A DNA stretch of 63,428 bases, the filler included. It is 6 parts of 6 records of this genome, joined end to end, with 100 filler letters (N's around TTAATTAATTAA, not from the genome) between each part and the next. Parts side by side here need not be neighbours in the genome. Positions count along the whole stretch, not along the records: positions 23,743 to 36,611 come from SRR20825019_1741; positions 36,712 to 45,561 come from SRR20825019_1742; 4 more parts are not named here. One strand, given 5' to 3'. The position numbers were made by a program, and so were the translations under genes. Under the pieces are notes generated by a model, which worked only from the letters and a program-made list of their open reading frames with translations, had not been told where the DNA came from and did no database searches. Each line of letters starts with the position of its first letter. Position 1 is the first letter of the stretch. Positions 31,497 to 42,087 of this stretch are shown in pieces.

Positions 31497-32449
31497 AAGG
31501 GAGACTGACAGTCCGTGTCGCCCACCTGCGTGCCCTCTTTTGATCCGTCGGCCTTCTCCGTTGCATCGTCATCACTCAGTCCAACGATACTAATATTCTC
31601 ACCCAGTGCGGCGATCCGTCCGCGCGCTCACTGCGGCGGCCGGCGCGGGACCGTGCAACGGCCGCCGCCCAGCCCGCCCCGCACACGGGGAGCAGTCGGC
31701 AGGCCCGGCGGGCTTGAGACGCCGGTGCGGGTAACCCCCCGGCGCGACGCAGTAACCAACCCGTGAGTACGGCCGGCTCCCCGCTCGGAGCCGGTCCCAT
31801 ATGGGCCGGGGACCGGACTGACCGGACCCGCCGCCGGCGCTCCGGCTCGGCCGCGACCGTCCCGGGCCCGCCGCGGCCGGGCGGCTCCCTCCATTGATGG
31901 GTGGGCCCGGTGGGTTCCGGGAACCAACCGGGCCCAAGGGGAGCCCGGGAGTGCTCAGCTGTGCCGGCCGCCGGTGCCCCGGGTCTGACGACTTCACGGC
32001 GGCGGCCGGGCGCTGCGGTCCGGGTCGGGACGAGTGGAGCCCCAAGGTGCCCGGCCAGCCGGCTCCGGCTGGGCCCCGCCGGGCGCGCGGGGGGGGGGGG
32101 GCCAGGTCCCGGGGCCGCCGCGCCCGAGGCCCCGTGACTCGGGCTCGCCCGAGTCACACTCGCAGTGCTGCGTGGGGGGTTCAGGTTGTCGGCGTCACAG
32201 GTGCGAGGCCTCGGCTTCCGCTTCGTAACTGAGACGGGGCCAACGACTGCGTCCTTCGACTCAACGGGCAACCTCCTCAGACCCGTCCGCCACTCATCAG
32301 GGCCACGGGTTCCGCCAGGGCAGCCTGAGTGCCGGATTGTGTCAGACGCCGGTGCGTGCGCACGCCTGCTCGTCTGCGGCGGGTTCATGGCATTCAGTAC
32401 TAATAGCTCGATGGACAGTACGATGGTTTACCTGGAGGGAAGAGTCGAT

Positions 32450-34230
32450 ATGCTAAGGTTTGTTTTGTCACGTAGACTGCATGGCGTTGAGCGGAAGGCC
32501 GCTGGTGTGGTACGGCACTTGTCTGGGGGAGGGGCGAAGGTGGGTCCGCACAGTACACTGGGTGTGGGATGGCAAGTCTCAGCTCCTGTCTCGGCAGACC
32601 TCGACGATGATAAGCGGCGGTGGTATCGCTGGCTTAACGCTATCCCTCCTTCTCAGGTCCAAAGGTGCTGTATCGTGTCCGTGGCTGGTTACTCGCCGTG
32701 TAACATGGAGCCGCAGGTCACAGCACCACCATTGTGGAGCTTGCCAAGGGGTTTGACACTCTTCTTCACACCCCGACCAAGTGCTTAGTGGTGCCGGCGT
32801 CCGGTGTGGCACTCTACAAGAGGCTCGGTGTGGACCTCCAGACCAAAGGTACCAGACACGACGGCCCCCCTCACGTGTCCACTGACTTGCCGGCAGGGAG
32901 TGAGATGAAGCACATATGGATAGTTGACCAGGACGGAGAGGGTCTGGCCAAGGTACGCCGCACTGCTGGACGTGCATATATAACTTTGGTTGCTGAGTGT
33001 GCCGAAGATCGACCTGGGACCCGCCTCGGCGATACACGGACATGCCCCATACATAGCCCTGCCCTGGGGCGCGTTGCACCGGTCTCTCTTGGAGAAGCAC
33101 GGTCCGGTGTCGATGAAGATGTCGGTCAAGTCTGTCAAGGAGCTTCAGGACGGAAGGGTGAGTGGCCTGGGCATTCACGGCCAGAGCACGTACCTAACGC
33201 AGGGCAGCTGGAGTGCAGAGTAAAAGCCGGCACAGGGAAACAGATCGTCGACTATCTAGTAGGAGCAGACGGCGTGGCCTCCCAGACTCGTGCCAACCAC
33301 TGGAGCCACGAGGGTGTGGAGATGGTGTTTCCAGTGAGTGGAGGGCTTTGGGGAAATGTGCATATAATGGGGGCTCACTCCCCGGGACGCAACAGGGCTA
33401 TGGAATGTGGCAAGCAATAGTGCCGAAACCCAAGGGCTTTTTCTATGGAGACACAGCCGTGGAGATGTGGTGCGCGGGATGTTGTGTGGCAGTGTGTCGG
33501 CGCCCTCTCACACCACGTTGGGCAGGGGAAGGAACAAGCGCAGGATAGGATTCATTCCTATCAGTGACAGTGACCTCTATGTGTATGGAACCAAGGCCAC
33601 TGACCTGCCCAAGCAAGTGGACGCAGATCGTGTGCGCGAGGAGTTTGTGGGACACTTCAGTGAATTCCGTGGCCATGGAGTAAGGGATATCCTCGACACG
33701 ATATTACAGCCTGAAATAATGGTTCACTTCGATTACCCCGCCACCATTCGAACAAAGAATGCAAGCCGGGGGAGGTGAGGGTGACTCCCCGTTGCATGCA
33801 GGGACTGATGGACGTGTAGGATTGCTCTCGTGGGTGATGCCGCCCATGCCCTCCCAGAGAGTGTGTTCTGTGAGGTAGGATCTTCTCTGCCCATGACGGC
33901 CATGTTGTGACTTGCGGTTGCCGACAGAGCATGACCCTGGCGGTGGAAGATGCCAAGGTTCTTGCGGCTGTAATTGAAGAGGGAGGCTGCCTATCTGAGT
34001 ACGATGCGCGCCGGCTGGAGCGAGTCAAGCAAGTTCAGCAGCTGGCATTGAGCTTGTACTCAGCGCCCCAGTCAGCTACAGAGGTCAGTGTCCTAGGACC
34101 ATGCGGTATTTTGTATGACATATCCCCTCTACAGGGCTGGGGGGTCATGTCCGGTATTAAGAGGGCAATGAGATATTATGTCCTGAAGCAAACGAACAAT
34201 ATGGCCAAAGCCATTGCAGGGGAGCCATGA
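32450..34230 (+). CDS. FAD-dependent monooxygenase (salicylate hydroxylase-like), many short introns
   Basis: ISGGGIAGLTL, DYLVGADGV.S..R, RIALVGDAAH, LAVEDA.VLA motifs on successive exons; mitochondrial-like N-terminus. Confidence 0.82.
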
Positions 34231-34647
34231 AGTCTCGATCAGCTCTGCACTGCACAGACAACCAAGGATACTCTCAATATGGTATGGACAAGCAGTTGTT
34301 TTACATCGTCTCATATCGATGAGCGTGCCCACCGGGCATCATAAAGATGAGAATTTGTGGTGCCATGTCTTCAATGTCCAAATTGGAGTCTTCTCCTGGC
34401 TTTCCCTTGTCCTGGATGAATGCTTCTCACGTAGTGAATCAGAGAGCACATAGTGCTGCTTTCAGGATTCAACCTGAACACAATGCGATATATGTATATT
34501 GACGTTCTTGAGGCCCTATGGCTCTCATGGTTGCATGCGTACTATGCCATGGCATATCAAATTCTCTACTCACCGTCGGTAAGCGGTTCAGTTTGACAAG
34601 CCACGTCAACCCTAGGCTGTTGGAGGGAAGGGTTAGTGATCAATACG

Positions 34648-35664
34648 TCATGCGCTGCACGGAAATACCTCTGTCTGAGTGGCCACTGCAACCTTCAATG
34701 CGACTGGTTTGGGAGGGTTTGATTTGGCTGGAGTAGATGAGGTTGCGTGCCTCAGTGCCACCTGATCCGCTTCGCTGCAGTGATTCAATGGCACGCTCAC
34801 GTATTCCTTCGGTGCTGGGACAGACACCGGCAGTGGTCGTGCAACTGGTTCCATGCCCGACTCTGTCGAGCGTGGGCTGAATAAGTCGCTGCCACTGGCA
34901 GAGCCCTTCCTAAGATACATTGGGTTCTTCTTCTGGATGGAAAGGCGATACTTTTGCAGGTGGCTAGCCACCTTCTCCCGCGTTAGATTGGGCTCGTTCA
35001 TCTCTCTACATATTGCCTTCGGTACTGCACGGTCACCCAGCTTTTCAAGCGCATCCATAAACTTTCTGTGAAGGGCAGACGTCCATTCCACACGTTGAGT
35101 GCGGTGCTGATACTTTTCATACTGCCTTACGGGCTGTTGGTAAGGCACAACCCCTCCCAAATTGTGGTTCATATGAATGTCTGGTGGATAGGAGCCCTCG
35201 CTTGATAGCTCATCGTGGTTGGGAGCAGACTTGAGTGCGTCTTTCGGAATTTTGGTGGTGTTGGGGAGCACCCTAGGACCCTCATCCACCAGTCCAAGTC
35301 CTAGTCCGTCACTCTGGGTAAATTGTGATATTTGCATCATAACATCCTCCATAACCATTCCTACCCCTGCTACCGCAGCATCATTTTGAGCATCAGATGC
35401 ATTGAATATTGTGTTCAGCCGCTCCTCTTCCTGCTCGTTGTCACTGTCGTCTGGCTTCTGTTCCAACTTTTTTCTCATGCTGCTAATGTTTTGGCGCACC
35501 CATTCCACGTTAATCACACCCTTGGGTTCAGGACTTGAGGTTTTTCGCTTTTTACCGTTGACGGCCTCGTCATATGGTTTGGGGTGGGTGAAGAGCGTCA
35601 TAAGGTTGCCCGTCCCATTTTGCGAGTTATAAGAAGTCATTTTTGGTGGGCCCCGTCTGGCCAT
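34648..35664 (-). CDS. GARP (G2-like / type-B ARR Myb-like) transcription factor
   Basis: [28 protein letters not shown]...MN...[14 protein letters not shown]; both ends uncertain. Confidence 0.85.
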   Translation of the reverse strand: MARRGPPKMTSYNSQNGTGNLMTLFTHPKPYDEAVNGKKRKTSSPEPKGVINVEWVRQNISSMRKKLEQKPDDSDNEQEEERLNTIFNASDAQNDAAVAGVGMVMEDVMMQISQFTQSDGLGLGLVDEGPRVLPNTTKIPKDALKSAPNHDELSSEGSYPPDIHMNHNLGGVVPYQQPVRQYEKYQHRTQRVEWTSALHRKFMDALEKLGDRAVPKAICREMNEPNLTREKVASHLQKYRLSIQKKNPMYLRKGSASGSDLFSPRSTESGMEPVARPLPVSVPAPKEYVSVPLNHCSEADQVALRHATSSTPAKSNPPKPVALKVAVATQTEVFPCSA

Positions 35665-36611
35665 CCCATCAGCAAGGACAATGAGTATCACCAGTACTTC
35701 TTATTGGAGTATCTTGCGGTAGAAACTGATTCTTGTTCAAATATTTGTATCATCGCCCTAGGCAACTGGAGAAATGTCCTGAGGTGAATAGCCAACCTGT
35801 ACCTCTTGCGCAAAGACCAGAGGCAATACGCAAGATGCTGGCCTAGCGCCAACCAACAACCTGATACGTCAGGGCCAGGTAGCGCACGGTGGTCACTGTG
35901 GCTTGACAGGGGTTTGTGGACTCTCACAATACACTGGTGGGGCATGCCGTGGCCGAGGGGCTGCGCCTGATCAACAGCTAGGGTCGTTGTTGGCGGGAAG
36001 AACTTGAGACAGCCACTGGCGCGGCGTGGCCGGAGCGGGGCACCACTTGACCGCGGTGGCCAGCCAGGAGGCACTCAAACACGATATCCTGCCCGGCACG
36101 GCCACGGCCCGGGGCACGGGGGCCGGCCCGGGCGCCCGGCCGGGCGCGGCAGCCCGGCCCCTGAGTCGGCCCCGCAGGCCGCGCGCGGCCCCCCGGCTGC
36201 CCGCCATCCGCCAGAGCGGGTTGGGCACGAAACGTCTGGAGACTTCCTTCGTCCATGCCTGGTTCTACGCCATGCAGCCCAACAACGTGAGGCAGAGCAG
36301 CCGCTTCCCAGGCGACCACCCCGCCCCGCACGGCCAGGACGGCCTGACTCGGACGACGCCTGAGCCGGCGGCTCTGGCCGGCTCAGGTCAGCCTCGGACC
36401 GCCAAAACCACTTGCGGTGACGATCAAATCGCCCATCGATGAACCTCAAACTTCTTCGAATCTAACAAAATTCAGTCTATCGAGGTATTCGTTATTTAGA
36501 ATTGGTGCAGAATTGACCAGCTGTCAGTGTGATCACTCACCAGCCGTGATGAGTCGGCGAGCGGTGCCGCCCGCCCCGGGCCTGGCGCCCCCCCCCCCCC
36601 CCCCCCCCCCC

Positions 36612-36711
36612 NNNNNNNNNNNNNNNNNNNNNNNNNNNNNNNNNNNNNNNNNNNNTTAATTAATTAANNNNNNNNNNNNNNNNNNNNNNNNNNNNNNNNN
36701 NNNNNNNNNNN
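36612..36711. other. Artificial contig-joining spacer
   Basis: 44 N + TTAATTAATTAA + 44 N. Confidence 0.98.
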
Positions 36712-38173
36712 CGCGGAAAAAGAGCTGTTGGCAGGCTTTCGCGTGTTTGACCCTGCGACGCCGCTGTATTCCGAACGCGGGCGCGACATCGGCGATACGT
36801 GGTCCGACCTGATCGAACACACCCTGCGGCGCGGTGTGCGGTTCCGGATGCTGCTGACCGACTTTGATCCGATCATCCGCCCCGACCTGCACCGCGGCAC
36901 ATGGCTTGCCAAACACCGGATGATCCTGGCCGCTGAGGCATCGGGCAACCCGCATCTTTTGGACATCGTGCCGGCCATGCACCCTGCGCGGGTTGGCTGG
37001 CTGCCGCGCATCTTTTTCTGGCCAAAGATCATTTCGGAAATCCGCGCCGAAGTGAAACGGCTGAACGCGCTGCCCCAACAAGAAGCAGCCATGCAGTTGA
37101 AGCACGCGCCGGGGCTGTGCCAGTATATTTCAGGCGACCATCCCCAGCTGAAGGCCAGCCTGCGGCAGTTTCCTGCGCTGATCCCGACCACGCACCACCA
37201 GAAACTGATTGTCGCCGATGGGAAGCGGCTGATGCTGGGCGGTCTGGACGTGAACGAACGCCGTTATGACACACCCGAACACCGCCGCGAGGGTCCGCAA
37301 ACATGGCACGACACCCAGATCATGTGCGAAGGCCCCATCGTGGAACAGGCTCAGCGTCACCTGATCGAAATGTTGGCGGTCACCAATGGCACGCGCGCCC
37401 CGCAACCGCTGCCCCTGCTGCTGCGCACCCTGTCCCGCAAGCACGACAACGCCGCACTGCACATGTCGCCGCGCCCGGTGCTGAACCGGATCGAACAGAC
37501 GCATTTGGAGCTGATCGCCAAGGCGCAACATCTGATCTATCTGGAAAGCCAGTATTTCCGCAGCCGCGTTATCTCCAAGGCTCTGGCGCGCGCGGCGCGT
37601 GAAAAGCCCGACCTGAAACTGATCCTGGTCCTGCCAGCGGCCCCGGACGACGTGGCTTTTGAACATTCAACCAAGAGCGACGCGCGTTTTGGGGAATACC
37701 TGCAAGCGAAATCCGTGAGAAAAGTGACGCGCGCCTTCGGCAAACGCTGTCTCGTGATGTCCCCCGCCCGTCCTGTCAAAATGGAAAATGACAGCGGTCG
37801 CGCGGCGCACTACGACGCGCCGATGATCTATTTGCATTCCAAGGTTTCAATTTTTGACGAAACGGATGCGATCATTTCGTCGGCCAACCTGAACGGGCGC
37901 AGCATGCGCTGGGACACCGAGGTGGGCACGCACCTGACCGACCCGGAGACAGTTAAGGAACTGAAATCAAGAAGCTTTTCCCATTGGCTTCCCAATGATG
38001 CAGGACCCGAGTTTCACGACTTGAACACCGCCACATCTGCATGGCGCAAGCTGGCTGTACAGAACGCCAAGCTGCCCCCGCAACAGCGATCAGGCTTTGT
38101 CCTGCCATTCCCGATTGCACCTGCCCGCCACTTTGGCCGCAACCTGCCAGCCGTCCCGGAAGAACTGGTCTGA
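36712..38173 (+). CDS. Phospholipase D family protein (5' truncated)
   Basis: Two HKD motifs: HHQKLIVADG and YLHSKVSIFD...SANLNGRS..WDTE; also IYLESQYF. Confidence 0.88.
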
Positions 38174-38303
38174 CGGCCTTGTTGATAACGATGTATTAAC
38201 GCAACCGTGATTTTTTGAAATTGATTCAATCATTAAATCATGGAACCGACGCTGCACTGCAGTGTTGAGCCACCAGACCCACTTAGAGAGAGAGGATCAG
38301 AAC

Positions 38304-38468
38304 ATGAGTATCGACATGCTTGTTTTTGGGCTTCTTGCCCTCGGACTGGTTGCTGCGATCATCTATGCGACGACTGGCAAACGCAGTGGCCAGCGGGAGT
38401 CGTCAAACTTTGATATGTCCAAGGAATTTGGACGTATGCGAGACAAGGGAAGCAACAACTTCCGATAG
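38304..38468 (+). CDS. Small single-pass membrane protein (hypothetical)
   Basis: GAGGA RBS before ATG; hydrophobic N-terminal segment followed by a charged tail; 54 aa. Confidence 0.55.
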   Translation: MSIDMLVFGLLALGLVAAIIYATTGKRSGQRESSNFDMSKEFGRMRDKGSNNFR

Positions 38469-38584
38469 GCTCACGCCGAAACCGAACGGCAAACGACCCA
38501 CGTGCAGCTTTCCTGACCGTGCCATGCCTGAAAAAACTTCGACAGGCTGTGCACGATCAGGGATGCCGCGCACGTTTCGCATTT

Positions 38585-38613
38585 CTGTCGTCTGACCATC
38601 ATCCTTCTGTTAC
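38585..38613 (+). promoter_or_regulatory. Pho box (PhoB binding site), three 11-bp-period half sites
   Basis: CTGTCGT-ctga-CCATCAT-cctt-CTGTTAC matches the CTGTCAT-N4 consensus, ~50 nt upstream of phoD. Confidence 0.7.
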
Positions 38614-38660
38614 CAAAACCGCGCATCGCTCCGGGATATCATTCATCCACGGAGCATCCG

Positions 38661-40193
38661 ATGCCACGCATTACCTTCACCCGTCGCCAGACCCTGCTGG
38701 GCACCGCCGCCCTTGGCGTTTCCATGTCCATGCCGTCCCTGTCACGCGCCCAATCGCGTCCGATGATCACCCACGGCGTGATGTCCGGCGATGTCGCCCA
38801 TGACGGTGCTGTGATCTGGAGCCGCGCCGACCGCGAGGCCAAGATGCTGGTGGAATGGGCCACCACCGAAAGTATGACCGACGCACGCGCCGTACCCGCG
38901 CTGGCCGTGGGCACGCCCACGGATTACACAGGCAAGATGGCCCTGACCGGCCTGCCCAGCGATCAGGACATCTTTTACCGCGTGACCATGGCCGATCTGG
39001 CCGACGGCACCCTGTCCGAACCCACCACAGGCACGTTCCGCACCGCGCCTATGGGCAACCGCGACATCAGCTTTGTCTGGTCGGGCGACACCGCAGGTCA
39101 GGGCTGGGGCATCGACGAGGACCGCGGCGGCATGACCACCTATGCCACCATGCTGAACCACAACCCCGACTTTTTCCTGCATTCGGGCGACACCGTCTAT
39201 GCCGACGGTCCGCTGAAAGAAGAGGTCGAGCTGGCTGACGGCACCATCTGGAAAAACATCGTCACCCCCGCCAAGACCAAAGTGGCCGAGACGCTGGAAG
39301 AATTCCGCGGTCAGCACCTGTACAACTACATGGACAAGAACGTGAAGGCGCTGAACGCTGCCGTTCCGATCATCGCCCAGTGGGACGACCACGAGGTCAC
39401 GAACAACTGGTATCCCGACGAGGTTCTGGCCGAAGACGACCGTTACACCGTCAAATCCATGCAAACGCTGTCTGCCCGCGCCCACCGCGCATTCCACGAA
39501 ATGATGCCGACACGGCAATCGCTGGCCGAGCCGATGCGCGTCTATCGCAAGGTGTCCTACGGCCCGTTGCTGGACATCTTTGTCATCGACATGCGCACCT
39601 ATCGCGGCGACAACACTGCCAACACCGAAGCCGAGGGCACGCCGTTCCTTGGCGCCCATCAGCTGGCATGGCTGAAACGGGAAATGGTGAATTCCACGGC
39701 CACATGGAAGGTGATCGCGTCTGACATGCCCATCGGCATGATGGTGCGCGACGGCGACAACATGGAAAACGGTGCGAACGGCGACGGTCCCGTGCTGGGC
39801 CGCGAAAAAGACATCGCAGCGGTTTTGTCGTTCATCAAGGCGGCTGAAATCACCAACACCGTCTGGCTGACAGCCGATGTGCACTACACCGCCGCGCACC
39901 ACTATTCGCCCGACCGCGCGGTGTTCCAGGAATTTGAGCCCTTCTGGGAATTCGTATCGGGCCCGCTGCACGCCGGCACCTTCGGCCCCAGCGATTACGA
40001 CAACACATTCGGCCCCGAGGTCCGCTATGCCAAGCACCCCGAGCCGGGTCAGGCCAACCTGCCGCCCAGCGACGGCATGCAGTTCTTTGGCAAGGTCGAC
40101 ATTGCCGCCGACACCGGCGTGATGACCGTGCGCCTGATGGACAGTGCCGATGTCGAGCTGTGGTCGGTCGAACTGGAACCCAAGCTGGCCTAA
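38661..40193 (+). CDS. phoD: Alkaline phosphatase D, Tat-exported
   Basis: TRRQTL twin-arginine signal, HGV.SGD, HSGD.VYAD, WDDHEV.NNW, DMRTYR, TADVHY motifs; GGAG RBS. Confidence 0.93.
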   Translation: MPRITFTRRQTLLGTAALGVSMSMPSLSRAQSRPMITHGVMSGDVAHDGAVIWSRADREAKMLVEWATTESMTDARAVPALAVGTPTDYTGKMALTGLPSDQDIFYRVTMADLADGTLSEPTTGTFRTAPMGNRDISFVWSGDTAGQGWGIDEDRGGMTTYATMLNHNPDFFLHSGDTVYADGPLKEEVELADGTIWKNIVTPAKTKVAETLEEFRGQHLYNYMDKNVKALNAAVPIIAQWDDHEVTNNWYPDEVLAEDDRYTVKSMQTLSARAHRAFHEMMPTRQSLAEPMRVYRKVSYGPLLDIFVIDMRTYRGDNTANTEAEGTPFLGAHQLAWLKREMVNSTATWKVIASDMPIGMMVRDGDNMENGANGDGPVLGREKDIAAVLSFIKAAEITNTVWLTADVHYTAAHHYSPDRAVFQEFEPFWEFVSGPLHAGTFGPSDYDNTFGPEVRYAKHPEPGQANLPPSDGMQFFGKVDIAADTGVMTVRLMDSADVELWSVELEPKLA

Positions 40194-40213
40194 GCTTTGC
40201 CGCCTGAAACACC

Positions 40214-40242
40214 AAAGTCGCCCGTATCATCGGGCGGCTTTT
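40214..40242 (+). terminator. Intrinsic terminator between convergent phoD and ABC genes
   Basis: AAA-GTCGCCCG-tatcat-CGGGCGGC-TTTT. Confidence 0.75.
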
Positions 40243-40254
40243 GCATGTGCGGTC

Positions 40255-42087
40255 CTACTCTGCCGCTTCGGTCCGCAGGAAACCACCCGACTGAAGGTTC
40301 CAATACTGCGCGTACAGCCCGCCCTCTTTCAACAGCGCCTCGTGGCTGCCGTCTTCGACGATCCGGCCCTGATCCATCACGATGATCCGGTCCATTTCGG
40401 TCAGCGTCGACAGACGGTGGGCGATGGCCAGCACCGTCTTGCCCTGCATTACTCGGTCCAGCGCCGATTGAATCGCCGCCTCGACCTCGCTGTCCAGCGC
40501 GCTGGTTGCCTCGTCCAGGATCAGGATCGGCGCGTTTTTCAGAATGGCGCGCGCCAAAGCGATCCGCTGCCGCTGACCACCCGACAGCTTCACCCCGCGC
40601 TCGCCCAGGTGTGCGTGGTAGCCGGTGCGGCCTTTGTGATCTTCCAGATCCAGAATGAAGCTGTGCGCCTCGGCCTCGCGGGCGGCCTGAAACACCTCTT
40701 CGTCCGTCGCCTCGGGGCGGCCATAGCGGATGTTGTCCATGGCCGAGCGGTTGAACATCGCGGTTTCCTGCGTGACCATGCTGATGCTGCGCCGCAGGCT
40801 TTCCTGTGTCACGGTGCTGGTGTCGGTGCCATCAATGCTGATCGTGCCGCCTTCGGTCTCGTACAGCCGCAGCAGCAACGCCACGAGAGTCGACTTCCCC
40901 GCGCCCGATGCGCCGACGATGCCGATCTTTTGCCCCGGCTCGATGTGCAGGTTCACGCCCGAGATCCCGCCCACGTCGCGTCCGTAGGCAAAATCCAGAT
41001 CCTTGATAACGATGCCGCCCCGTCCCACGTCCAGATCACGCGCATCGGGATTGTTTTCGGTCCGGTTGCGCGGGGTCAGCGTGTGAATGCCGTCCTCGAT
41101 CTCGCCAATGCTGGAATAGATCGCCATCAGCGTAAAGCTGACCCAACCCGTCATCTGCGCAATACGGATGGCCACGGCACCTGCGGCGACGATGTCGCCC
41201 TGTGTGGCAATGCCCTGTTTCCACAGGATCAGCGTCCAGCCCAGCAGCAGCACCGGCAACAGCCCCGCCAGCGTCATCAGGCAGAACCGGAAGCCCGCCG
41301 AGAGATAGCCAAAGTCCAACGCGGTCCGGCGGAAGTTGCCCATTGCGCCCAGCGCCGCGCGGTCTTCGTGATCGTCGTGGGCGAACAGCTTGACCGTCTT
41401 GATGTTGGTGATCGTATCCACGATCTGCCCCGACACCATCGCCCGCGCGCCCGCCCGCGCCGCAGAGCGATGGCGGATGCGCGGCAGGAACCAGCGGATC
41501 ATCAGGAAATACCCCATCAGCCAGACCAGAAAGCCCAGCCCGATCTTCCAGTCAATCGCCACCAGCAACAGCATGGACCCCGCCAGCGACGCCAGCGCAA
41601 AGGCGACGACGTTGATCACCTCGACAACCACATCCGTCACCGCCCGCGCGGTCTGCATCTGCTTTTGCGCGATGCGGCCGGCAAAATCGTTGTCAAAGAA
41701 CCGCACCGATTGCCCCAGCGTCCAGCGGTGCAGACGCGACAGCACCAGCGGGTTCAGGTTCGGCTGAACGATGATTGCGTTCGCCGAAGAGGACAGACCA
41801 AACAACAAGGGCCGCGCCAGCAGAAAGAACGCAACCGCACCCAGGATCAGGACAAGGTTGTCCGGCGCAAAGAACCCGTCAGGACCCAACGCCGAACTGG
41901 CGTCAATCACCTTGCCCAGAATCCACGCCGTCCCCGCCTCGACCGTGCCGGCCGCCGCCGAGAAAAACGCAGCGATCCACAACGCAGGCCACGCCCCCGA
42001 CAGCGCCCAGCGCATGAAGGGGGACAGGGTCTGTGGTGGCGGTCCGTCTGCGGGACGAAAGGCGTGTATCCATTTGGCAATGTTCAT
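40255..42087 (-). CDS. ABC exporter, fused permease/ATP-binding subunit
   Basis: N-terminal TM domain, GASGAGKST, LSGGQRQR, ILDEATSALD, IAHRLST. Confidence 0.95.
   Translation of the reverse strand: MNIAKWIHAFRPADGPPPQTLSPFMRWALSGAWPALWIAAFFSAAAGTVEAGTAWILGKVIDASSALGPDGFFAPDNLVLILGAVAFFLLARPLLFGLSSSANAIIVQPNLNPLVLSRLHRWTLGQSVRFFDNDFAGRIAQKQMQTARAVTDVVVEVINVVAFALASLAGSMLLLVAIDWKIGLGFLVWLMGYFLMIRWFLPRIRHRSAARAGARAMVSGQIVDTITNIKTVKLFAHDDHEDRAALGAMGNFRRTALDFGYLSAGFRFCLMTLAGLLPVLLLGWTLILWKQGIATQGDIVAAGAVAIRIAQMTGWVSFTLMAIYSSIGEIEDGIHTLTPRNRTENNPDARDLDVGRGGIVIKDLDFAYGRDVGGISGVNLHIEPGQKIGIVGASGAGKSTLVALLLRLYETEGGTISIDGTDTSTVTQESLRRSISMVTQETAMFNRSAMDNIRYGRPEATDEEVFQAAREAEAHSFILDLEDHKGRTGYHAHLGERGVKLSGGQRQRIALARAILKNAPILILDEATSALDSEVEAAIQSALDRVMQGKTVLAIAHRLSTLTEMDRIIVMDQGRIVEDGSHEALLKEGGLYAQYWNLQSGGFLRTEAAE

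Noticed and set aside
38190..38245. FNR or CtrA box upstream of the small ORF
   Set aside because: TTGAT-N3-ATCAT has the wrong spacing for FNR, and there is no TTAA-N7-TTAA match
38742..40037. 431-aa minus-strand ORF
   Set aside because: Antisense shadow of phoD
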